From assembly GCA_050575255.1 (NCBI GenBank), contig JBNZDD010013651.1, positions 2,211,945-2,275,944 of the forward strand: DNA of 64,000 bases, given 5' to 3'. A program made the translations under genes and the position numbers. Origin of the DNA: Harriotta raleighana (lineage: Eukaryota). Shown piece after piece: positions 25,701 to 38,866 of this stretch (position 1 is the stretch's first letter; each line of letters begins with the position of its first letter). Under the pieces are notes generated by a model. That model did not search any database and was not told the origin of the DNA. It saw only the letters and a program-made list of their open reading frames with translations.

Positions 25701-25925
25701 TAACAGCATAATGGTTATATAAATTACAGAAAATATTTCAGTAGCCACTTCACTCGGTCATGTCTTGCACAGATAATGGGCCATACTGTCTATATCTATA
25801 TTTTGGCTTTCTGCATTTGTTCCCCTTTATTTATTTTCACAAGTAGTGATCTGCAGTTTCGGTTACTTCACAATTCCACTGGCAATTCTGGACTGGTGTG
25901 TAAATTTTGCTTGTCTATCATCAAG

Positions 25926-25998
25926 TTAATTTCTCTCTTCAAACTGCGACTTATTCTTCAGAAGGTAAGCCGCCAGGAACTCTATAGGATTTGGAGGT
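25926..25998 (-). CDS. DPY30: DPY30 last coding exon ([24 protein letters not shown])
   Basis: 73 nt, ttttag| acceptor, TAA stop. C-terminus of the Dpy-30 motif. Confidence 0.97.
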
Positions 25999-26894
25999 CT
26001 AAAAAAGCAATTAAAACAGTGCCAAATAAGCAATTATCCCACATGTACTTTGTGCTGTCATGAAGTACATTAAACATTTCAGATGGAATAGTTTATTTTT
26101 TACAAAATCTAGTTAAACCCACAAAAGATAATCACTGCTTGGATAAATTTTATAATTGCTACAGGGTGAGACATCAGCAAAGGCACAGATTTACCAGTGA
26201 CAAAAAAAAATAAAGATGTAAGGAAAGAAAATAGAAAATAGAAAATCCTGTAAAAAATAAAACTATTCCATGAAACCCCTAAAACCTTTCAGTTTTGGAG
26301 TAAGAAGAATATACATATGTGGAATCACAACCTAAAGAGGAAAGTGGATCAGAACCATGGAGGAACGGACAGCCATAATCAGTACTGAAAAAGGCAATGT
26401 GATGCTCATTGTCTAAAACTGAAATGTTTGAGTTTCCCACAGCGCAGAACAAGATCCACAGCTAAGATTTACAGCTAAAGTAAAAGGGTCCAAATACCGT
26501 GGACCCTTTCCATTGGTGCCAACACTTTTAAATCTGTGATTAGCTCTACTAAAACCATGAAACTTTCTTTGCCTTTCCCACTTTGCACTAGCCTTTTCAG
26601 CATTCCGTGAAATAAAAGGCAAACAGGTTTTTATTTTGTATCATGTATGCATTAAAAGATTTATATGCCCAATAATAAAATCCTTTCTGAACATATGGGG
26701 CAGTTTTAAATCTGAAGTAACAGTGCAATGGTAATCATTCCAGAATACTACCCAGGTGCTAAATGTTAAGACTTATTTTTCTTTAAAAAAGAAAACCTTT
26801 AAATACAAAAGCTTTGATAAATTCTTACCAAAGTACTCAATCCCTCTGAATAACAGAGCAGTGTACATTTCACTTGCTATTCTAAATATCTTAC

Positions 26895-27037
26895 CTTTCT
26901 TTAGCCAGAACTGATAGCCCTTGCAAAAGAATGGGTACCACAGTTTGATCCAGATATGCCCGAGTTGGAAGGGATTGCAGATCCACTTTTTGTTTTGATG
27001 TTTTCTCTGCGTTCAGTTTCTCATTCTCAACTATCCT
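26895..27037 (-). CDS. DPY30: DPY30 coding exon 4 ([47 protein letters not shown])
   Basis: 143 nt; hallmark [19 protein letters not shown]; aacag| ... AG|gtaag. Confidence 0.98.
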
Positions 27038-27979
27038 CTGTTCCAAGCGTCCAGAAGAGAAAGAATAATAGCTTTAAACTTTTGCACCTCATTTGTTTTT
27101 TTCTCTCAGTCAAGTAATAAATTTATAACCCATATAAGTTTGATGGAACACAGGTATAAGAATACTCTAAAGCAAAGAAAAATACTTGACAAATCAAAAC
27201 ACATTATAGAAAAAAAACCTAATAGATTGTGATAACCTCTCATTTCTTCTCAGCCCTGTCCCTAACTTCCAGATAGAGAATATACCAAGAGAGCAGGCTC
27301 CCATTTCTATCAGTGATCTGTGTTGACTGTGTATTAGACTCAGGTATGGTGCCTGTCATTGACCTAATGCCATGGCATACCTGCTTATTAAATAACATCA
27401 GCAGTAGCCTTGATTTGTGATCCAATTACTCAAAATTTAAAACATCAATGCATAAATTGATTTGAACAAGTTGGGCAAACCTAAAGAAAAAGAACGAGTC
27501 CATGCAACATCACACTTAAAAGAATAAAGATTACATTTCTGCTATTAATGGCGACTAAGACATGGGTTAGTTAGTTAGGATGGGATAGGTTATAAGGAAA
27601 ATGAAAACAATTAGAAACGCAAAGTGCAAAAAAGACTTTGAATCAAAATATTCACCAATTTCATCCTCCTATTTAATGTTACTGCAGAAAGGAAAATAAA
27701 GAACTTGCATTTTTACAACAACTCATTACATCAAAACATTGAAAAGCCCTCGACAAATAATGACTGTCACAATAAGTAACTAGTCTCCAACTGCTTTTTT
27801 AGTCTGAAAATAGGGAGTTTATTCTCCCAGACAGCACCAACAGTGTAAATTTATGTGGCCAGGAAGGGAAAAAAAATGAATACTTCAAGTAGAAATGATA
27901 TCCCCACAAATCTGCTTTCTTTTAATGAATATAAAATGATTTTGTATTGCATGGAAATGTCACTTAAGATGCTATAATA

Positions 27980-28382
27980 CAGTAAAAGCTTGTTTATCCG
28001 GCACCCCTCGGGACCTGTTGCCGTTTAATCAAATATGCCGGATATTCGAGCGGCAAGTAGCCAAAAATCCTACCCAAAAAATTTCCTTATTTTAAAACGA
28101 TATTAATAATAACTAAATAACAACAGAATATTGTATGGATAATTACCAATAAAGCATTCCAGCATACTCGGTAAAATGATCGGTAAAATAAAAATTCCAG
28201 CGTTCGTTAAGTTTATTAAGTGCGCATGCGCACGTATTGCACGCATGCGCAGTGAGCATATTCGCAAGTGTCCCGGATGGCTCCGGTATGAGATCCGTTG
28301 CTGGAATGGTGAATTGTATTGGGAGATACCGGTTGCTTGAGCGTTCCAGTTGGTTGGGTGCCGGGTAAACAAGCTTCTACTG
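27980..28382. mobile_element. Non-autonomous Tc1/mariner-type MITE, family B (403 bp)
   Basis: 27-bp TIRs CAGTAAAAGCTTGTTTATCCGGCACCC / GGGTGCCGGGTAAACAAGCTTCTACTG (2 mismatches), TA on both sides. Confidence 0.9.
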
Positions 28383-30250
28383 TATACTGTATTTGATCTT
28401 ATCTGATCAAAGTTCATGTGAACATCAGCCATTTTTCTAAAACTCAGCATTGCTAAGGAAAGTGTGTGAAACTTTCCCAACCTTGACCATTGTCCTGAAG
28501 TAGTCCTGCCAAAATAGCTGTTTGATGATAACACAGAATCCACAAGGCAAACCATTTGCAAATTAAAACACTCCAATTACATCAAGAATGGATACCCAGT
28601 GAAGGTCCTTTAATTCATTCAAATAATAATCTGAACCATGACATAAAATTAAACTTTAAAGATCACCATTTGCTTTTTGCTAATTTTCTCGTTTGCTTTT
28701 GACGTTGCTAACTCTTTGCTGGAGAATGGTTCTAGACAACAGAAGCCATCAAGTATCTTGTCCAAGATGACATTGTTCACGTTTGAGTCGAAATAGTGAG
28801 TTTGGGCAGGCCATTTATTCAAATGTGGAGCCATTAAGCAAGCCCAATCCTATTCTCTTCTGTCATTCTACAAAAAGTTTCCAGACAGGGCAGAAAAGCT
28901 AATTAAAGTGCCCAATTGCTATGCCCACATACATTACTGAACGTACCAAACGGCTGCCATCTTGTGTAGTTGACATAGGACAAGTGATACCTTTATCCAC
29001 CAGGTCATTCGGAGAGAGATTATACTATAAATATTGAATTTCTCCATGTATGATACTGGGAAAAGGCACCAGCCATCATTCACTTAGAAAAACAGTTCAG
29101 GCAGCTGATGTATGATGACATTCATAATGATGGATTTATGATTGCAATACTTAAAAGAGAAATAAACAAAACACGCAGCATTCCAGTGCTGGATTCTGGC
29201 AAGTTTCATGATATGTGTTGAATCATCCGCTGTATAGTGGTGGGGTTAGATGCAGAACAAATTAGAAGTGGAGGCAACTATAGGTTCAATTGAAGAGATA
29301 AATCATAAATGCTAGGATAGTACAAAGAAAGTACCTATCACAACTTCTCTTTATAAATGGGGGGTAATTGTCAGATTATGTCCATGTTTTAACTGTAGAT
29401 AAAATCTTTTTTAAACTTTAAAGCTCACAGATGCATCAGTTAGAGTAAATTGTAGTGTAAATTGAGAAGTGTAATTGCTACATATGTGAAGATTCAAATC
29501 CTTCTAGATTTAAATGCACTGAATTTTGATGAGAGTGGGGACAAAGCCGAATACAGTACTTGAATGTGATACTGAAATTGTTAAATTTGTTTTGCACAAA
29601 AATTGTTGAGGTGTATGAGTACTTACAAGACCTGATAAAGCATGCTCGCTCCCCTCTAAATAAAACACAAAACTACCCTATTAAATAGAGACAAAGCATT
29701 GCTCTTTCAGAAGATTCCTAGTATTCGACTCCATCATAACTACTCAATCAGTAGAAGCATTTAATGGCTCTACACAAGGCTCCAATGAGGATCTTGGAAC
29801 TTTATCTTTAAAAAAATAATCTGGGAGCTCCCCCTTACTTAACAAAATTAATGTTGCAAGTGAACTGCATTCAATTCTAAGCCATCATGCAACTAATCTA
29901 TATATTCATATATACATGTACACATATCAACACATCTATGTTTAACAGTTAATACTCTGCTCAGTCAAGCCTGCCTACAATATCAAGCTAATTCTGAACG
30001 AAAGATTACTCAATTCACAGATGGCAGGGAGATGAGCAAAATAAAATGGCTATTTGCAAACAAAATGGTATCAGTTATGGATTGCTTGTATCCAGACCAT
30101 AAATCAGCATTCTAAATTTCAGACCAAATTTGTATTAAGGGGAAAGTCACAATTCCTGGGTTCTGGGAAGGCTTGTAATGCACACAGGCTTCACTGTACT
30201 TGTAGCTTTCCCTCATGTATACTGTTGTCCCGTTTAGTTCAGTTCAGTAC

Positions 30251-30298
30251 CTGCACTTGATCCGTAAGGCCATATTCAGCATGAGGATTATCGGTTAC
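30251..30298 (-). CDS. DPY30: DPY30 coding exon 3 (VTDNPHAEYGLTDQVQ)
   Basis: 48 nt, tttcag| ... CAG|gtact. Matches vertebrate V.xNPHxEYGLTD. Confidence 0.95.
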
Positions 30299-30415
30299 CT
30301 GAAAAACAGACAATATATCTGAGAATATTGCTGATGCCACACTATGGAAATATAAAAAGAGAGGCTGCAAGCATTGCCTCTTGCTCTACAATAGCTTATT
30401 CAGAAGTGATTTTAC

Positions 30416-30462
30416 CTGCATTTGTCCTTCTACATTTGATTCGGGAATTAAATCATGATGTT
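30416..30462 (-). CDS. DPY30: DPY30 coding exon 2 ((E)HHDLIPESNVEGQMQ)
   Basis: 47 nt, ccttag| ... CAG|gtaaaa. The EGQxQ end matches DPY30; phase 1/0. Confidence 0.85.
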
Positions 30463-31834
30463 CTAAGGAGGTAAAGACAATTGCATTAAAATAATCATTT
30501 TGTGAAAAATATTTTTGAACACTTCAAATGTGTTTAATCACAAACACAAATTCTCTGGAAGGAGAGGTAAAAATGATGGTGAAAAGCAAAGGCATTGGGA
30601 GATCCACCAAAATCCACTAAACTAGTAAAACAGACTTGATGGGCTGTTCCTGTTTTCCCTTGTTCCCAGTTAAGTGAGTCACAAGATAACTAGATGTGAA
30701 TATTCCAGAAGAAAACAGTAAAATTAGAAGACTTGAGATTATGGAATCACTGCTGATGAAAGATCTACAACATTTAAAAGGGAATTTGATAAATATACGA
30801 TAAATACACATCAGATACTGATCCACAAATTAATTCAGATCATTTGATTTTGGCTACACCACTATTGAGTGTTTAAAGTTTCACTGGTTGTCATAGAACA
30901 TATGTGGTTTCAGGTGGTTGTATATAGTTTAGTTGGGGGAATGAAAGGAAATGGAGAGATTCCAATGACAAATTATATTTCATGGCAAAATAGAAATGGC
31001 TGGTGAAGAAAAGGGAAAGAGTGAAAGGAGGTTTGTCTTCTTTTCACACAAAGGTAATTAAGGAGTCAGATTCTGATTCTTGTTTGGCCCTGCATGAATT
31101 GGTACACTAGAACATGAAAGCCCATCAGTGATGTATGTCTTGGAAACGATCCAAATTCCTAAACGCAGAGAATTGGGTTCCTTAGCAACAACAACAAAAT
31201 CTTACATTCTTATAGCAATTTAACACCGTTATAGCAATCTGAATTTTCATTGGTAGCCTGTCATCCTTGCTTGGAGCATTCTACCTGAATTCAGATAACA
31301 GAGTGCCAGTAAGGAAATACAAATCATACCAGCTGGTTTATTCCTTCACCGCATGCTCTAAGTCTTACAAGGCAGTAGTTGCAAGTCATTTGGCGAGAGA
31401 CACTTTAGTGCAGTTTCACCTGCAATAATTAAATACATACTAGCCCAGCATCTCAAACTATCAAGAGAATATCACATAGCATCTTCTGGGTCAGATGAAG
31501 TTCATTGCTTACATTTCACAGGATATTCCACTCCACTCTTTTTTGTAACAATGACGAACAAAATGGTTAATTAAACACAGAGCTGGCAGATACATTGAAC
31601 ACCCTATAAAGCACAAAAACAGATTTCAAGGGAATTCCTTCAGAATATTTCTTATTAACGATCAGAAACATCAGGATACTGTCAGATAATAATTAATTCT
31701 GATCCTCCAGGAAAACTATACATGTGCCACAGGCAGAAAAAAATCCTTTCTTCTCTAACCTGTAGCAGAGTCCAAGATGTAGTTTAAAGTAAAACTATGA
31801 ATATGAACCTTTGGTCTTGTTTGTTCCTCTTCGA

Positions 31835-32125
31835 GACATCTCAAAGCACATTGCAGAATATACTGTAAATTTAATTTACTAAATATTTTGGGGGAAAAAT
31901 GCAGGGGCCAATTGGGTACAGCAGTGTCCCACAAATAGCTGTGGATGGAGTGAGTGACCAAATTATTTTAATTTTATTTTCAATCCACCAATCAACTAAC
32001 AAATGGGTTCTTACTTACTGTTAAGTAAACAGAGGCATGTGGAGTAAGGAAACTTGCCTAACGTTTCGCCCTGCCAGGAATTGAACCCAGATGCTCTCAC
32101 TTGGATGGCGAATGCTCTAACCAAT
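31835..32125 (-). mobile_element. tRNA-derived SINE
   Basis: Same head, core and tail as the other copies. Confidence 0.8.
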
Positions 32126-32589
32126 ATGCCTGTTGGACATTATTTGCAAGCAAAAAACAGCAGTCAGTTTGCACACTAAGACCCACAAAAACGTCCGCTC
32201 AATACTTCAGGATTACATAATACTCAACTTTGGAAAATCAATAACATTTGAAACAGCTTTAACATATCTTGGATTGGCTGGATGTGAAGGAGGCAATTTT
32301 CCCAGTTCAGAACATCTTTTACAAACATTTTTTTTAAAAAGAAAACAACTGTACATAGCTAGTCAACAGCTATTTTTTCTCTTACAAATCGCTTATTTCC
32401 TTTCTGAATGAAAATATATGTCTTCCAGGTTACAATCTTATTTCCTTGAGGTTTTGTTGTAAGTAAGGCATTATCTCAAATGGACAGATGACTATAATCA
32501 GGATGGTTTGGGGGTGGGAAGGGGGGAGAAAAACAAGTAACTCTCTGGTGCACCTGTGCTCAGGTGAGTTACTGAAGCCTCCAGAGCTG

Positions 32590-33030
32590 TTATACGGGAG
32601 GGGGGGGGCGCCCTCTCCGGGGGAACACCCCCCACCACCACTACCCGCGGGCCCTCCTCCCCGCCGGTAGAGAGTCTGTACTCCGCTGCTGCCGCTGCCT
32701 CCCCTCGATCGCACACAGTGACGAAGCCGGGGAGGTGGGAGAGGAGGCCGCCCCCCAACCAGACGGCCCGGCGTCCACACACTCACCGTCCGCCATGGTT
32801 GTTGTCCGTTTCTACGCACTACAGCCGACACCGTGAGAGACGCGCTCATCCATTGGTTGCAGCGAAAGCGCAGACCTGGTGCAGCGTCACGATTGGTGGA
32901 AACCCGCCGCCTTTGAGAGAAGGCACAGGAATGGCTGGAGAAAAACTGACGTCAGTGACAGTGGACGCGCAGGCGCCCTGACAGCGGGCGGCGGCAGGGG
33001 ATTGTGTTAGAGGCGCATGCTCAGTGGGGA
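32590..33030 (-). promoter_or_regulatory. DPY30 CpG-rich promoter / first exon
   Basis: GC/CpG-rich. CCAAT boxes (attgg at 32852 and 32892), palindromic CRE TGACGTCA at 32947-32954, NRF1-like GCGCATGC near 33013. Confidence 0.75.
32787..32796 (-). CDS. DPY30: DPY30 coding part of exon 1 (ATG GCG GAC G)
   Basis: Strong Kozak accATGG followed by the donor G|gtgagt in a CpG-rich region. Joins exon 2 in frame; total CDS 321 nt (106 aa). Confidence 0.8.
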
Positions 33031-33164
33031 CATGCCAGTGGAATTGCTGACTGATTGTGAATGAGCTGCACTGTGTTTGTCAGTGTTGGCTGCATGATGA
33101 GGCTAATTGGGGAGGGGTTTGATCTGCTCCTATCATTAAATAATAATAAACCTTTTATTTGATA

Positions 33165-34350
33165 TAATAATCGTTGCATTTGATAAAGCGTTTTTCACGT
33201 CTTCTAGACGTTTCAAAGTGATTCACAGAAATACTATAAAGTAAATTGACTGTGCTGTAGTTGTGGGTGAAACACAGCAGCCAATTGCACACAGCAGTGT
33301 CCCACAAACAGTTGTGGATTGAAATTACCAATTAATTTTTTTTAGGGGTTATTATAAGGCTGCACTCTCCACCTCGCAAAGCCGTCAGGAATCTCAGTGT
33401 TCTATTTGACCCTGAGCTGTCCTTTCTCCCCCACATCCGCGCCACAACTAGCACCACCTGCGGAACATCGCCAGGCTACGACACTGCCTCACCCCTCATG
33501 CTGCTGAAACACTAGTCCACGCCTTCATCACCTCAAGGTTGGACTATGGGAACTCTCTCCTTGTCGGCCTTCCCAGCTTCTCCATCCACAAGCTGCAGGT
33601 CATCCAGAGCTCTGCAGCTCGTGTACTCTCCCGCACCAGGCTTCATGACTACATTACTCCCACCCTCGCCCATCTCCACTGGCTCTCCATCCCCCAGAGG
33701 ATCGAATTCAAGATCCTCATCCTTACCTACAAGGCCATTCACAGCCTTGCTCNCCGGTCTCAAGACCTTTCTCTTCGACCGTGCCTTCAGCTCCCCTCTC
33801 GACTCTCTACCCCCTCCTCGGTCCCTCCCTCCCCTCGCCCTGATCATTTCCCCCAGCTCGGGTCCTAAACCAACTGTCCAGCGCCTTGGGATGTCCTCCC
33901 GACGTGAAACGCGCTCTATAAATGCAATCTTGTTGTTGTTGTTGTATCATTAAGCGTTTGGGCCAAATGGCCTTCTTTTGTGCCCTAAAATTCTATGATT
34001 CTGTGTGGAGTTTGGATACTTGTGCAAGGTTTCGCCCTGCCTGGAATTGAACTCGGGTCCCTCGCTTGTTCAAGCATTAATAAGATGGCCAATTGCACAC
34101 AGCTGCATCCCACAAACAGTTTTGATTGAGTGACCAAATTATTATCGTTCTTTTTCTTTCGGGGATTATTATCAGGTGTGACTTGCCCAAGATTTTGCAT
34201 CGCCTGGAATCGAACCCAGGTCTCTTACTTGCAAGGCAAATTCTCTAACTACTGATGTACAGAACCCTCACAGCGCCTCATCACATCTTCACGACATATC
34301 AAAGCACAGAATATTGTAAAGTGAATTGACTGTATATTTTGTGGTTGAAA
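33165..34350. mobile_element. Cluster: SINE (-, 33165-33355), L2 3' fragment (+, 33355-33945), CR1 tail (+, about 33955-34003), SINE pieces (-, 34003-34350)
   Basis: L2 peptide [11 protein letters not shown]...[23 protein letters not shown] with canonical tail; CR1 tail gggccaaatggcct...attctatgattct. Confidence 0.85.
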
Positions 34351-34662
34351 TTGGTTCTGTCTTTAGCTGATATTCATACCTCCAAGGATCACTAGATAGA
34401 GATCACGACCAGAGATCCTACAACCTGTCATAATGATGCTTCTGAGATCATCTAATTCAGAACAATACAGGATTCAAACTTGGAACTTTCCACTTTGTAG
34501 TCTAATGCTGATCTGGGCAGTGCTTTTAAAGGGGTTAAATATTGTATGTTGGTGTTACTATAGCTAAGGAGAGTTCTTTATGAAACAGAAAATGTTGCCT
34601 ATAGAATTTATTTTACACTGAAATAAAAATGTTGCAATGTGATGGGTTATTGTACCAAATCC

Positions 34663-34841
34663 ACCTGTAAGGTCAGAAATCGCTGGGAACACTCAGCAGG
34701 TCAGGCAGCATCTATGGAGAAAGGAAAGTGAGACAACGTTTCGAGTCCATGATCCTTCATGGGCATTCCCAGCGATTTCTGTTTTTGTTTCAGATTTCCA
34801 ACATCTGCAGTATTTCACTTTTTTTTTCTACCTGTAAGGTC
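34663..34841. mobile_element. Short Penelope-like terminal fragment with inverted segment and 12-bp flanking direct repeat
   Basis: ACCTGTAAGGTC at 34663-34674 and 34830-34841. Internal inverted repeat agaaatcgctgggaa (34675-34689) / ttcccagcgatttct (34766-34780). Confidence 0.6.
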
Positions 34842-35189
34842 TGCTTCTCCAAGTCCTGCAATGAGTTAGGCTGGCTGGTCTGTCATCAGCAGTACAGCCA
34901 GTACTGAGCCATCTGGCTCAGCACCCAGACAATTGAGACCACCATAGAAGGTTGATTTGACTCCAAAACTGTTGTGCAAACACGTCACCTTGTAATCAGC
35001 TACCACCACCCCCCCCCACACCCACACACACACACCAAGAGGATAGTAACGACTTGAAATCTGACAAGCTGCGTTTTGAGACATCCTCCTGACATTAAAG
35101 GCACAATAACAAATGCAACGATTAAATTATATACAGTACTTGCTTTGAAATTAGTATAGGCATTTGAATTTCAGCATTTGGATTTGGAG

Positions 35190-35540
35190 TGCCAGTTTTG
35201 CTCAGTTGATAGTAGTCTCACCTCTGACTCAGAAAGTTGTGGGTTCATGCCCCATGTTGGGACTTTGAAATGACAGTGCAGTTTAACACTTCATTACTGG
35301 GAAAACACTAATGTATATTGTTGGAGCACTACATTCAGGTAGACACTAAAGGTCCCATCTCATTATTTGAACAAAGGTGTCCTAGCCAATAATCCCCCAA
35401 ATAAAACTGGTCATTCATCTGTTACACGGCTATTTGTTCGATGTTAGGGTTTGTGTGAATTATCTGCTGTGTACTGCCACTTTAGAGTAAATTGTGTGCT
35501 TTGAGATGTTCTCTTGTCATATATCTCAAATGCAATTGTT
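35190..35540 (+). mobile_element. Ancient Deu-domain SINE, near full length, diverged
   Basis: gctcagttgatagtagtctcacctctgactcagaaagttgtgggttca head, gtgtcctagccaat, ctggtcattcatct, and tail. Confidence 0.65.
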
Positions 35541-35802
35541 ACATTAAATACTGACCAATTTCATAATTCTGCAGTAATTAATTTCCAATACTGTACTTTG
35601 AAAACATCGTACACAGAATAACAACAAAGTTATATTTGTATAGCGCTTTTCACATTGGGAAGACGCCCCGAACAATCTCAAGATCTAACTGAAATGGACT
35701 CATAACATCTTTGAATTGTGCAAACTCTCATAATCTAAATTAATCTCTTATCATATATACTGTTTTACATTGTATAAATGTGCTATCAATGTAGTACCCT
35801 TT

Positions 35803-36915
35803 CAACAACAACAACAAAATTACATTTGTATAGCGCCTTTTACGTCAGGAGGACATCCCAAGGCGCTGCACAGACATCGATTTAGACCCGAGCTGAGGAA
35901 ATGTGGGGGGGAGAGGAGTTGCCGATGGGTCCATAGAAGAGGAGAGTCTTGAGGCGAGACTTGAAGGAGGGTAGGGAGGAGGCGAGGCAGAGGGACTTTG
36001 GGATGGAATTCCAGAGGTTGGGGGCAGAGTGACTGAAGGCTCACCCGCTAATGGTTAGGCGGTTGGGTCAGTGGACGTGGAGCAGGCCAGAGCAGACAGA
36101 TTGGTACCGGGAAAGGTCATGGATGTAGGGTGGGGCAAAGTTGTAGAGGGCTTTAAATGTGAGGACCGGGAACTTGAATTGGATCCTCTGGATGATGTGG
36201 AGCCAATGGAGTCGGGGAAGGGTGGCGGAAATGGGGTCACGGAGTTTGGAACAGTAGAGGACATGGGCCACAGAGTTCTGGATTATTTGCAGCTTGTGGA
36301 GGGAGGAATTGGGAAGGCCGACAAGCAAAACATTTGCATAATCGAGCCAGGATGTAATGAAGGGGTGGATGAGGGTTTCAGCGACTATAAGGGAGAGGTA
36401 ATGGCGGAGTCGGGAAATGTTGCAGAGGTGGGGAAAGGCAGAACAAGTCATTGCTTGGATGTGTGGGAGGAATGACAGTTGAGGGTCAAACAAAACACCT
36501 GGGTTCCTGACTGGCTTGGTGAGGTTGAGTATGCAACCATGGAGGTTGATGCAGCCAGCGCCTGATGCAAGTAGGCGCTGACACAAGCCAATCAGTAGGG
36601 CCTCAGTCTTGTTGACGTTCAACTGTAGAAAGTTTGCTCTCATTCAAGATTTGATGTCTGACAGACAGTCTGTCAGGACAGTGGTAGTCCTGGAGTCGAG
36701 GGTAGAGGCAGAGAGATAGAGTTGAGAGTCATCCACATACATGTGGAAGTTAACCCCATGTCTGCGGATTATGTCACCAACAGGGAGCATGTAGATGTTG
36801 AAAAGTAGGGGGCCAAGGACAGAGCCCTGGGGGACGCCACCGGTGACAGTGCGGGTGCTGGAAGAGAAAGCGTTGGTGGTGACAAAGTGTAGGCAGTGAG
36901 AGAGGTAGTAGTCTT
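35803..36915 (-). mobile_element. L2-like LINE, 5'-truncated (RT to 3' tail)
   Basis: [20 protein letters not shown]...[13 protein letters not shown]...LQLNVNKTEALLIG...HWL..IQRIQFK; stops and frameshifts present. Confidence 0.93.
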
Positions 36916-37254
36916 GAAGTCTTTCAGTCTTCAAGCCTCCAATGTCTCCCTCTGTGTAGCACAATCTGGCAGAGTTGTATGCTTTGGCTGAGATCAGGAC
37001 TCCTGTGAAGCTACTGGAAAGGACTCAGGATGGAAAGCCTGGTTCATATGCTAATAATCATTTCAAGGTCACTATCTGTCATTTGTAAATTGAACTGTTG
37101 TATATTAATTGATTTACATGTTGTTTGCAGATAGTCTGAGAAAAGGCATGTTAATGAGTTACAACCTAAACTGTTTATACATCCATTCTACTCATATTAG
37201 ATCAATAATTTTAAAATACCATGAATCCCAACCTTTGAGTGAAACATTGTTGTG

Positions 37255-37560
37255 GTGTCCTGTACTTCAGTGATAGAGCACTTGCCTCGCAAGACCTGGA
37301 TTCGATTCCTGGCAGGGCAAAAACTTGGGCATACGCCTGATAATAATCCCTTAAGAAAAAAAACAATGATATAATTGGTCACTTTAATCCGCAACTGTTT
37401 GTGAGATAATGCTGTGCACAAATGGCTTCTGCATCCAAATAGATAGTCACTTTCACTTACACAACACTCTGTGAAGAGTTTTGAGATTCTAAAACAACAA
37501 CAATAAACTCACACTTGTATAGCGCCATTCATGTCAGGAGGACATCCCAAGGCACTGATG
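37255..37560. mobile_element. SINE (+) followed by an L2 tail (-)
   Basis: gtcctgtacttcagtgatagagcacttgcc head, ggattcgattcc B box, core; then caacaacaataaa...tatagcgcc..gtcaggaggacatcccaagg. Confidence 0.75.
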
Positions 37561-38354
37561 TAATAGACATGAAAAGTCCTCTTTCAAATGCAAGTTTATT
37601 ATTATTATATTATTTATTAAACTGGGGTTATTTCTGCATGTTTCCCCCACCCCGTCCTCCTGATGTGAAGGCGCTACTGTACAGCAAGTGTAATTTTGTT
37701 GTTATGTTTGTAGACTGCCAACATTTCTCCCTTTGCCCTCCCTGATTTCCCCCTTGTCCCTCTTNGTGTAGACTGCCAACATTTCTCCCTCTTTGCCCTC
37801 CCTGATTTCCCCCTTGTCCCTNTTGTAGACTGCCAACATTTCTCCCTTTGCCCTCCCTGATTTCCCCCTTGTCCCTCTTTTTCCCCCCTTTTTCCTCCCT
37901 GATTTTACCCCACCCCGCTTATTCCTTCATCTCTCCCCCCTTGCCATTTTTTCCCCCTCCTTTTTCCCCCATTTCTGNAAGTGGGTGATGTGATTGCAGC
38001 GAGCGAGCAAATGATGTGGTTGGACAGTCCTAGGAGATGTGAACAGTGACAGGGTTTTGTGATTAGACAGTGCTTACAGTGAGCTGACAATATACAGTAC
38101 TGAACCTGAAGAGTGGGGATGGGGGAGGGGGGGGNGCGCCTTGGGACGTCCTCCCGACGTGAAAGGCGCTTTATAAATAAAATATTGGTTGATTGATTGA
38201 TAAGTGGGTGATGGAGCGAGCAAATGATGTGGTTGGACAGTCCTAGGAGATGTGAACAGTGACAGGGTTTTGTGATTAGACAGTGCTTACAGTGAGCTGA
38301 CAATATACAGTACTGAACCTGAAGAGTGGGGATGGGGGAGGGGGGGGTAATGAT

Positions 38355-38866
38355 TTGATTGGTTAGTGACTGGGAGGTGGAGGAGTAGTGATTGGATTAA
38401 ATAATTGGCCAGTGATTGGCCTTTGCCTCACCCCTTCCCCATCTTCAGGTCGCACCTGAAGACTTTTCTCTTCGACCACCCTATGGTCACCTTGCCCCTC
38501 TCCCGGCCTCCGCCATTGTCAAGCCGCCCACTGTGGAGGGCGCTTTCTGAATACCAGTTGTCATGGTTGTTGAGGTGGTGTGACGTGATTGGCCGGTGGG
38601 TGCAGTGATTTGATTGGCCAGTGGCGCGGTGATGTGACTGGCTAGTGACGAGATGATGTGATTGGCCAGTGAAGTGATTGGCCAGTGGCGCGGCGGTATG
38701 ATTGGCCGAGCGGGGACAATGCGCTGGCNTGATGTGACTGGCCAGTGACGAGATGATGTGATTGGCCAGTGAAGTGATTGGCCAGTGGCGCGGAGGTATG
38801 ATTGGCCGAGCGGGGACAATGCGCTGGCCGGTTCCTCTCGTGTGATGGCGGTTGACGGGCGCGTGA
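38355..38866 (+). promoter_or_regulatory. SPAST promoter / 5' UTR with a cluster of inverted CCAAT (ATTGG) boxes
   Basis: Repeated (G)TGATTGGCC units leading into CpG-rich exon 1. Part of it (38730-38828) duplicates 38630-38728 across an n join. Confidence 0.65.
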
